From Tubiluchus corallicola (Eukaryota; Animalia; Priapulida), in assembly GCA_030141605.1 (NCBI GenBank), contig JAQGDQ010001309.1, positions 1-48,112 of the forward strand: 48,112 nucleotides of DNA, written 5' to 3'. The notes under the pieces are model-generated. The model was not told the DNA's origin. It did not search any database and saw only the letters and a program-made list of their open reading frames with translations. A program made the translations under genes and the position numbers. Positions 39,178 to 48,112 of this stretch are shown piece after piece (position 1 is the first letter of the stretch; every line of letters starts with the position of its first letter).

Positions 39178-39809
39178 TGTGTGCACAGCTCATGGCAAGT
39201 GTGAACAGCTCATGGCAAGTGTGCACAGCTCATGGCAAGCGCGCGAAGCTCACGGCAAGTGTGCACAGCTCACGGCAAGTGTGCACAGCTCACGGCAAGT
39301 GTGCACAGCTCAGGGCAAGTGTGCACAGCTCACGGCAAGTGTGCACAGCTCACGGCGAGCGCGCGAAGCTCACGGCAAGTGTGCACAGCTCACGGCAAGT
39401 GTGCACAGCTCACGGCAAGTGTGCACAGCTCAGGGCGAGCGCGCAAAGCTCACGGCAAGTGTGCACAGCTCACGGCAAGTGTGCACAGCTCAGGGCGAGC
39501 GCACGAAGCTCACGGCGAGTGTGCACAGCTCACGGCAAGTGTGCACAGCTCACGGCAAGTGTGCACAGCTCAGGGCAAGTGTGCACAGCTCACGGCGAGT
39601 GTGCACAGCTCACGGCGAGTGTGCACAGCTCAGGGCGAGTGTGCACAGCTCACAGCAAGTGTGCACAGCTCACGGCAAGTGTGCACAGCTGACGGCGAGC
39701 GCGCGCAGCTGACGGCGAGCGCGCGCAGCTGACGGCGAGCGCGCGCAGCTGGCGGCGAGTGTGCGCAGCTGGCGGCGAGTGTGCACAGCTGGCGGCGAGT
39801 GTGCACAGC
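39178..39809. repeat. 20-bp GC-rich minisatellite, ~31 copies
   Basis: Unit gtgtgcacagctcacggcaa with variants. Confidence 0.96.
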
Positions 39810-40020
39810 ACTATTGATGGGTAATTTTGAAATTTCGTAATTCGATTATAATCTTGTTTTTGTAATTCGATATCACGATTAATCTTTTGTGACAATTTTT
39901 TAGTGTTTTAGCCGCATTTTTCAAACATTGGAGTACTGGAATTGTTGTGGAGATCGCTGGCATCTATTAGAATTAAATAGAATATTGTAGAATGTTCCAT
40001 TAGAATAATCGTCTTACCTT

Positions 40021-40084
40021 GTTCTAGAATGTTCTAGAAAGAAATGTCTAGAATGTTCCCTGGTACAGAAATCTAGCCTATAAA
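40021..40084 (+). promoter_or_regulatory. Heat-shock-element-like array followed by TATAAA
   Basis: TTCtaGAAtgTTCtaGAA at 40022-40039, GAAtgTTC at 40051, tataaa at 40079-40084. Confidence 0.4.
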
Positions 40085-40476
40085 CGTCTTCATGGCTTTC
40101 GTCGTTGTCCATTATTTTCGTGCTCTCAAATTTGAAGGCCACAGTTTACAATAGTTCGCAATTCTGCACATTGTGTTGTTGTTGGCATCCTTCTGTCTCG
40201 GAAGACAGTGGAGTGTGCGCCAAGAAAGTCAGTTATTGATCACACTGATGGAGCTGCAGCGTCGACTGTGGCTGAGCAGTGCGATCCTTGAACCCAGAGC
40301 TTATTGTAGCAGATATTATACCATGTGTAAATGTTACAGAAAGACATTGTCAATCTGCCTGCTTGTCACTTTTGAAGTTTTCTGCGTATTGTATGTATAG
40401 GTTTCAGTTTAGTGTGTGTAGACACGTAAATGTGGTGTGTTTTGCACAGTTTTTAATTTTCCATTTTATGATTTAG

Positions 40477-40592
40477 GTTTGACTGGATTGTGGCTGCTGT
40501 ACTACGCCGTTACGACAAATTTTGTTTGGAATTTGCTCCACATCATGTTGCTCACTGTATATAGCTGTTTGGAGTTTTTTAGTTCATTTTGG
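40477..40592 (+). CDS. TMEM245: TMEM245 internal exon
   Basis: LTGLWLLYYAVTTNFVWNLLHIMLLTVYSCLEFFSSFW; acceptor atttag, donor gtaaag; phase 1 to 0. Confidence 0.82.
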
Positions 40593-40690
40593 GTAAAGAT
40601 TTTTTTGTTCTTGTAAAACTTTTGAAAATTTCACTTCTCTTGGCTCTAGTTTCTTCGTGCAAGTACAAAGCTGGTTAGTACGCCTGTATG

Positions 40691-41101
40691 CAGGGATGAG
40701 AATTTTCCACGGATACGCGGAATTCCGAGTTTTTGCAAGACCAGTAGTGCCATTTTTGTAAATCGCGTAAATTCGTTGAGAAAATTTTTACGCACACAGT
40801 ACATTATTTCACAAGCTGACCGCTAGTTGGCAGGCCATCACTTTGTTTACATCACGTACATCAGTGTAACCACTTGTATATCTCTATGTATAAAAATATA
40901 GAATCAATTATGCGGAGTTATTTGAGTCAATTGCAGACAGTTTTTATTTACTTTTGCATAGGAGCGGCCAGTACTTAGGCGTTTTTGAGACAATTAGGTA
41001 TCATGTATCCTTGATAGTTGAGTATTTTAAATTATGCATGAAACAAGGTAATTGATACAAGAGTTTCAGAGTTTTTTTACAATTTGTCATTCTCATCCCT
41101 G
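40691..41101 (+). mobile_element. hAT MITE, family B
   Basis: Same TIRs; perfect 8-bp TSD cctgtatg. Confidence 0.9.
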
Positions 41102-41950
41102 CCTGTATGCTGTTCGGTTAACTCCGCCAGGACCGTACCATTCAAACTAGGTCTTTTAAGAACCATAACTTTTCGTCTTCTGACGTCGAGCACAGACATA
41201 ACTAAATGATTACAAATTAGGTACTGTTGTATTCAGGAGAACATTGGCTATCCAATAATGCTATTTGTTTAAACATTTATAAATGATTTAATTAGATAAA
41301 ATTATGAAAAATGTGCCCTTTTCAGGTGCTCAAACTTCGATTAGCGTAGTCTATTGATCCGTGCTTGCTACAGCCTGTCTGCTGTACAAAATTCCAGGAA
41401 AAACTAACTGATCAGCCAAGGAGAAATTAATGTTGTCTCATCTTTTAACAGGAATTTCTCCTTAAAAATAGCGTAGACTTGAGCCCAAAGTGTATCAGAG
41501 TGTTGTGTCTGGATAGTTGAAATTTTCTGCATTAGCTGATTTCATACAAGTGATACTGTACATTGTTACAGTGCATGCACTGCAGTTACTGAAAGCTTTT
41601 TTTCAATTTATTTATCAAAAATCGATTTTTAATTTGTCTAAGATAAGCAAATGCATTCCGTTTATAATTTTGCATGAAAATCCACCGTGTAAGGAGTAGA
41701 AACCAACAAAAATTATCAAATATAATGTATTTGAGTTTTTCGCGATCCTATGCAAAATGCAGCAAACGCTTACGGTCCTGGAGGACATGGGTTCAATTCC
41801 CTAAACCTTCATTTTAACGGAATTTGTAATGGATTTGTAATCGGATCGTCTTTCTCATCCCCTGATGACTTGTTTACAGCATTTGTTCCCTGTTTCATTA
41901 ATGGTCATCAGTTGTACAGTTGGTCAGTGTGTTCTTGTTTCTGTCAGTAG

Positions 41951-42090
41951 ATATGGACATTGGTCATTGCACACGTGTTGCTGGTTGTGTTCTACTGGAA
42001 CTCCACGTCTCAACCGTTTCTCAAGTACATGAGTCTGGTTATCTGGGCCGCTTTGTTGCTGCATATATCTTCTGCTGCTGGAGCATTTAG
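41951..42090 (+). CDS. TMEM245: TMEM245 internal exon
   Basis: IWTLVIAHVLLVVFYWNSTSQPFLKYMSLVIWAALLLHISSAAGAFR; phase 0 to 2. Confidence 0.87.
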
Positions 42091-42091
42091 G

Positions 42092-42406
42092 TAGAATTTT
42101 GATACGTATCATACTCACACTGAATGTAGTTACTCTGTTTGCTTAAGCGTATTACGAAATTACTGATTGATAATTTAAGTGAGATAATGTATTTTTAGAA
42201 TTTTGATATGTATCGTACTCACACTGAATGTAGTTACTCTGTTTGCTTAAGCGTATTACGAAATTGCTGAGTGATAATTTAAGCGGGATAATGTATTTTT
42301 AGAACTTTGATACGTATCATACTCACACTGAATGTAGTTACTCTATTTGCTTAAACGTATTACGAAATTGCTGAGTGATTATTTAAGTGAGTTAATGTGC
42401 TTTTAG
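42092..42406. repeat. 104-bp tandem repeat, 3 copies, starting at the splice donor
   Basis: tagaa(t/c)tttgata... recurs at 42092, 42196 and 42300. Confidence 0.9.
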
Positions 42407-42498
42407 TATTTATGACATAATTTAATATGACCCGAAGAAGATTTTTTTAGTTAGTAAATAGAATTTGCTCCAATTTTTGTTTGTTTGTTTGTTTACAG

Positions 42499-42593
42499 GC
42501 TTCCACTGTTTGCACTGCTTGTTGTGTTATTTGTGTTGGGCAGTGTTGCTGAACTCAGAAGATCTGTTTCAATGGAGAAAGCCGATAAAGAAG
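42499..42593 (+). CDS. TMEM245: TMEM245 internal exon
   Basis: (R)LPLFALLVVLFVLGSVAELRRSVSMEKADKE; acceptor tttacag, donor gtgagt; phase 2 to 1. Confidence 0.87.
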
Positions 42594-42620
42594 GTGAGTG
42601 TAAAAGATAGGAGGTTAGGC

Positions 42621-43468
42621 TGGGGTGTGCAAAGTGCGGGTAGTTTTTTTTCCACTAGATCGGATGGCATTAACCCTTACAAGATGGTTGTCACTTAATG
42701 TCACTGTCGGACATGACGAAATTGCACGTTGCTCACTTGGTACACGAAAAAGCTATGTAATCACAGAACACAGTAAACTATCATGGAAGCCGCCATTGAA
42801 AGGCTCTAACGTGCAAGAAATGCGAGAAGCAATCTGATTGGCTGGTAGGAAGACCAACCAGCCAATCTCTAGGCTTTTGTTATCGAGGCTCTTGATCTGC
42901 CTGGCCGTCTTCTTGGTCACAGCAGGTAGAAAAATGATCAACCTGCTATGACCAAGATGACCACTAGACAGATCAATTTGTAAGTAGCCAACAAACTGAA
43001 AAAGTGTGGTCACCCCTGATATAGGATGATTCCCAGATTTTAGTTTCAGCTTAGGCTCAGTAGTACAAGCCTCAATCACTGGCTATTTCATCATTTCATC
43101 AGGTGTAGTGTTCTTATAGATCAGAATCATGGATAAGAAAAAGAGGAAGATTGAAGATGAACAGCGAGTCAAAACAGATTAATATGCACTGTACTACACA
43201 GACTGTGTGATACACATTACTAATATGCATTGTAATGAAATTACCACTATCTGTCCTGAAAGTAGAAATATATGGTTTTTAATATAAATATTAATAACTT
43301 CTAAAATAGTTTCTTGAGTGTAGTAGTAATGATGTGCGCAAATCGGATGCAAAAAAATCGTTATTAGGCCTTTCTGTACTTGGCTGTTTGATCAAACTGC
43401 CTGTGGCCCGCAGGAATTGCGGGAAAGTTTAATGTGGCCCGGCTAGTCAGATAATTTGCACACCCATG
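42621..43468 (+). mobile_element. hAT family A, longer deletion derivative with a probable transposase start
   Basis: 8-bp TSD ggttaggc; shares ends with 10794-11293; extra internal segment encodes MDKKKRKIEDEQRV at 43129. Confidence 0.85.
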
Positions 43469-44604
43469 GGTTAGGCATAAGTACTTTGAATATTGAAAAC
43501 ATTTTGGTGTCTTATAACCATAATTTTTATGAATATTCGATTATGGATAAAACTGATAAATTTGCCATCAAGGCAACAGCTTTATTTCTTTTTATGCACA
43601 TTACAATGGTACTGGACATGCAACGGACAATGGTACTGGACATGCAACGGACAATGGAACGGACATGGTACTGGACAATGGAACGGACATGCAACGGACA
43701 ATGGTACTGGACATGCAACGGACAATGGTACTGGACATGCAACGGACAATGGAACGGACATGCAACGGACAATGGTACTGGACATGCAACGGACAATGGT
43801 ACTGGACATGCAATGGTCAATGGTAGTGACTGAACGACAAAGCAACGACAATGGTACTGGACATGCAACGGACAATGGTACTGGACATGCAACGGACAAT
43901 GGAACGGACATGCAACGGACAATGGTACTGGGCATGCAACGGTGAATGGTAGTGGACATGCAACGGACAATGGTACTGGACATTCAACGGACAATGGAAC
44001 GGACATGCAACGGACAATGGTACTGGACATGCAACGGTCAATGGTAGTGGACATGCAACGGACAATGGAACGGACATGCAACGGACAATGGTACTGGACA
44101 TGCAACGGTCAATGGTAGTGGACATGCAACGGACAATGGAACGGACATGCATAACTCATCTTTGACAAAGTGCTAGTGTGACGGGAACATAAAAGAATTT
44201 CCTTCATAGCATATGGTGTTCTCAGAAATCTTTATTTCTGTATATAAAAAAAATGAAAATAATAAATTTTAATAAAGAATAATAAATTATAAATTATTAT
44301 AATTTAAGACAATAAAAGTAAATATTACTCACATCATGCGGCTATAACAACTTAATACATCCTTGGAACGTCATACTGGTTTACAGCAAATCAGGTAGAG
44401 ACGCTACAAATAATTACTTGAAAATTAATCTAAACATTATTTAACGTTTACTGAGTCTTCTGTAAGCGTGTTTAGTGAGGCTCAACCTAATTTACAACTT
44501 CACAGGAAAAATTATAGGTAAGTTCACATAGGTGCTGCCACCTACATGTTGTGGCCAGAAACGTGTGCTTAGTGAGGCTCAACCTAATTTACAACTTCAC
44601 AGGT
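43165..44604. repeat. Left arm of second inverted duplication (partner 46464-48112)
   Basis: The window's last bases ...tgttttgactcg are the reverse complement of cgagtcaaaaca at 43165. Confidence 0.95.
43603..44151. repeat. 23/24-bp minisatellite (mirror array at 46908-47475)
   Basis: Units acaatggtactggacatgcaacgg and acaatggaacggacatgcaacgg. Confidence 0.95.
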
Positions 44605-44853
44605 TAAACTATAGATAAGTTCACATAGGTGCTGCCACCTACAATGTTAAGGCCAGAAACGTGTGTTTAGTGAGGCTCAACCTAATTTACAACTTCACAG
44701 GTAAAATTACAGTTAAGATCACGTAGGTGCTGCCACCTACATGTTAAGGCCAGAAACGTGTGTTTAGTGAGGCTCAACCTAATTTACAACTTCACAGGCA
44801 AAATTGCAGGTAAGTTCACATGGGTGCTGCCACCTACATGTTGTGGCGAGAAA
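44467..44853 (+). repeat. 97-bp tandem repeat, 4 copies, each with an acceptor and 12-nt microexon-like core
   Basis: cctaatttacaacttcacag, then 12 nt, then gtaagt (copies 1 and 4), ataagt or ttaaga. Confidence 0.9.
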
Positions 44854-44971
44854 CTGACCTTAACAGCTAGGCTTTTGATACGTCACACAAAATGTTCGTT
44901 ACGTGCGCAGGAATTACGTCATGACTGATCATGTTAAAGTAAGAATGAATTTTTCATCTGTGTTTTTATAG

Positions 44972-45075
44972 AAAAGGAAGTGACAAGGAATCTTCCGGAA
45001 TCTGTGCATTCAATGTGGGCTGCAGTGATGAGACAGGACAGTTTGATTGATCAAACCCCACCAACAATTCATGTG
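44972..45075 (+). CDS. TMEM245: TMEM245 internal exon (variable loop)
   Basis: Acceptor tttttatag, donor gtaagt; open frame (E)KEVTRNLPESVHSMWAAVMRQDSLIDQTPPTIHV; phase 1 to 0 fits both neighbours. Confidence 0.72.
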
Positions 45076-45147
45076 GTAAGTCAGAGATGCAGTTTGTTAC
45101 TCGATTTTTGTCTGTATCTGCCATGTAACTTCTGTATTACTACTTAA

Positions 45148-45606
45148 CCCTTTCATACCCGTTGTATCCCGTGGGATACAAGAATATTTTCTGCCTTTAA
45201 AATTAATAAAATTTTAAAACTGACAGTTATTTGATCTGTTAATAGTTATTTTGATTTAAGTCAATAACAAGAGACTAAAAATGGTGATAAAATGGCAAAC
45301 TAGAAAATCTACGTAGCATAAAAAACTGCGCAAGGTACAGTACTTTAGAGACGACTTTGTACAGATCAGCATAGCATGCATACTAAATGTCTTAAATACT
45401 TTAAAAAATTATCAGCAGTTTACATTTTATGCTTCCATTGAATCCCAATGTATTCCGTGAGATACAGGTACAGGCTATATTTAGCACGCGGGCACAGGTA
45501 GGAAAAAATAATTATTATGTGTAAACAAGATGGATGGATATACTGAACAAAAGTACCAAATCAAAAAAAAAATTCTTATTAAAAAAATAATTTGGGACTG
45601 AAAGGG
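45148..45606. mobile_element. piggyBac-like MITE
   Basis: TTAA-ccctttca ... tgaaaggg-TTAA. Confidence 0.85.
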
Positions 45607-45610
45607 TTAA

Positions 45611-46201
45611 TCCTTATAGGGTCACGATTTTTTACAACCTATTTTGGTAACCATAATTCGTAAATTACTTTTGATAAACCGCCGTGTTTCATTAGTAAAC
45701 AGCAACAGCCTAATTTGTGGTTATGCTGACCACCATAGGATACATGATACCTCTGCTTAAAGACATGTGACTTACTAGTAATACGAAATTTAAATTCACT
45801 TAGTTACGTTCTCTTGTCTATGCTGGAATAACTGTAGACAACCGACATTGCTAGCGCGTGTGCAAAAATCATTGTTATTTTGAATTTATTGTCTACTACT
45901 TTCTTCTTTTAGGTGGAGTAATTTGAGTAACTGACATTTTGTTTTATCAGATACATCGCCCGTATAATGTATAGACAAGCGAAGTAAAGTTTCGACAATT
46001 TTAAAAAATCGACATATTGCATTTTCACTTTTATTTCGTGGTGAGACAATGCGCCTAAAATAAATAACTGCAAGTATTTTGTGCACAAAACATATTTAGA
46101 AAAAGTCATAGAAAAGCTTTACTGGGATGCGTATGGTAAAAGGACAAAATGCAAAATACCTGTCTGGGGGTAATTTTTTACCCCCGGTGACCCTATAAGG
46201 G
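45611..46201. mobile_element. Second piggyBac-like MITE sharing the TTAA site
   Basis: TTAA-tccttatagggtcac ... gtgaccctataaggg-TTAA. Confidence 0.8.
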
Positions 46202-46302
46202 TTAAAACTTGTTATGTAACTTAGTAAAATCTTGTATTTTGTACGAGGATACCTCTAGAAACTCTATAATTTTTATTTTTTCATTTCTATTCCATTTTTT
46301 AG

Positions 46303-46470
46303 GCAAGTGCAGATGGAGAAGAAAATGAGCTTGACGATAATGATTTTCAAGCCGAAGATGCTGCGCAAGATGGAGACACTATAGTCCACAAAGCTTTTGT
46401 AGCAGTCGGGTGGGGTCTCCTCTTTGCTCATTTATTGCGGAATCTCTGGGTCATCTATCTACTACCTGTG
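46303..46470 (+). CDS. TMEM245: TMEM245 exon truncated by the fold-back junction
   Basis: ASADGEE...VHKAFVAVGWGLLFAHLLRNLWVIYLLPV, then inverted intronic repeat (K-L-stop); no donor at the junction. Confidence 0.8.
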
Positions 46471-48112
46471 AAGTTGTAAATTAGGTTGAGCCTCACTAAG
46501 CACACGTTTCTGGCCACAACATGTAGGTGCAGTACCTATGTGAATCTTACCTAAATTTTTCCTGTGAAGTTGTAAATTAGGTTGAGCTCACTAAACACGC
46601 TTACAGAAGACTCAGTAAACGTTAAATAATGTTTAGATAATTTTCAAGTAATTATTTGTAGCGTCTCTACCTGATTTGCTAAACCAGTATGACGTTCCAA
46701 GGATGTATTAAGTTGTTATAGCCGCATGATGTGAGTAATATTTACTTTTATTGTCTTAAATTATAATAATTTATAATTTATTATTCTTTATTAAAATTTA
46801 TTATTTTCTTTTTTTTATATACAGAAATAAAGATTTCTGAGAACACCATATGCTATGAAGGAAATTCTTTGTTCCCGTCACACTAGCACTTTGTCAAAGA
46901 TGAGTTATGCATGTCCGTTCCATTGTCCGTTGCATGTCCACTACCATTCACCGTTGCATGCCCAGTACCATTGTCCGTTGCATGTCCGTTCCATTGTCCG
47001 TTGCATGTCCAGTACCATTGTCCGTTGCATGTCCAGTACCATTGTCCGTTGCATGTCCAGTTCCATTGTCCGTTGCATGTCCACTACCATTGAGCATTGC
47101 ATGTCCAGTACCATTGTCCGTTGCATGCCCAGTACCATTGTCCGTTGCATGTCCGTTCCATTGTCCGTTGCATGTCCAGTACCATTGTCCGTTGCATGTC
47201 CAGTACCATTGTCCGTTGCATGTCCAGTACCATTGTCCGTTGCATGTCCACTACCATTGAGCATTGCATGTCCAGTACCATTGTCCGTTGCATGTCCAGT
47301 ACCATTGTCCGTTGCATGTCCGTTCCATTGTCCGTTGCATGTCCAGTACCATTGTCCGTTGCATGTCCAGTACCATTGTCCGTTGCATGTCCGTTCCATT
47401 GTCCAGTACCATTGTCCGTTCCATTGTCCGTTGCATGTCCAGTACCATTGTCCGTTGCATGTCCAGTACCATTGTAATGTGCAAGACGATCAATTCATCT
47501 CGATTCTCTGCTAAGATATCCATTCAAGTTACATTTAGCCCGCAAGTGAAAATTCGTTAATTCCAGCGTCATTACTGGGTACGTGTATTGCAAGTCTTAA
47601 ATTGACCGAAAAACTGGCACGCACCAGCTCAAGAATTGAACCCGGGGCCTTCCAGCTGCTGGTGTACAATAGTAAATGTGCATAAAAAGAAATAAAGCTG
47701 TTGCCTTGATGGCAAATTTATCAGTTTTATCCATAATCGAATATTCATAAAAATTATGGTTATAAGACACCAAAATGTTTTCAATATTCAAAGTACTTAT
47801 GCCTAACCCATGGGTGTGCAAATTATCTGACTAGCCGGGCCACATTAAACTTTCCCGCAATTCCTGCGGGCCACAGGCAGTTTGATCAAACAGCCAAGTA
47901 CAGAAAGGCCTAATAACGATTTTTTTGCATCCGATTTGCGCACATCATTACTACTACACTCAAGAAACTATTTTAGAAGTTATTAATATTTATATTAAAA
48001 ACCATATATTTCTACTTTCAGGACAGATAGTGGTAATTTCATTACAATGCATATTAGTAATGTGTATCACACAGTCTGTGTAGTACAGTGCATATTAATC
48101 TGTTTTGACTCG
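46464..48112. repeat. Right arm of second inverted duplication
   Basis: Reverse complement of 43165-44604, plus a ~200-bp insertion and a different minisatellite variant order. Confidence 0.95.
47484..47674 (-). mobile_element. tRNA-derived SINE-like insertion present in only one arm
   Basis: Flanked by direct repeat aatgtgca; minus strand has B-box-like ggttcaattc; empty site at ~43595-43602. Confidence 0.65.

Noticed and set aside
39149-47560. Cys/His-rich repeat ORFs resembling metallothionein or zinc fingers
   Set aside because: Open in several frames over 20-bp and 23/24-bp minisatellites inside TMEM245 introns or the inverted arm.

Overview
AT-rich, repeat-dense eukaryotic DNA, most likely an invertebrate animal; no prokaryotic features and no CRISPR array. 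Genes: (i) an intronless globin with an MGC acylation-type N-terminus (2668-3273, -); (ii) the first four coding exons of a GH2 beta-glucuronidase (GUSB-like; 22549 down to 12897, -); (iii) an orphan acidic 289-aa ORF (25702-26571, -); (iv) the 5' part of TMEM245 (+, 34728-46470). The rest is MITEs (hAT, Tc1/mariner, piggyBac-like), SINE/LINE remnants, and micro- and minisatellites. Both window ends are fold-back inverted duplications (1-2475 / 5373-7838 and 43165-44604 / 46464-48112). The right one cuts a TMEM245 exon; both may be assembly or amplification chimeras. The most unusual signal is tandem repeats built on splice sites: a 41-bp unit made of the GUSB exon end plus donor (36 copies), a 97-bp unit carrying a frame-preserving 12-nt microexon candidate (4 copies), and a 104-bp unit starting at a TMEM245 donor. 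One GUSB intron is also largely an inverted repeat. All coordinates were read by eye and all homology calls come from recalled family motifs, not database searches.
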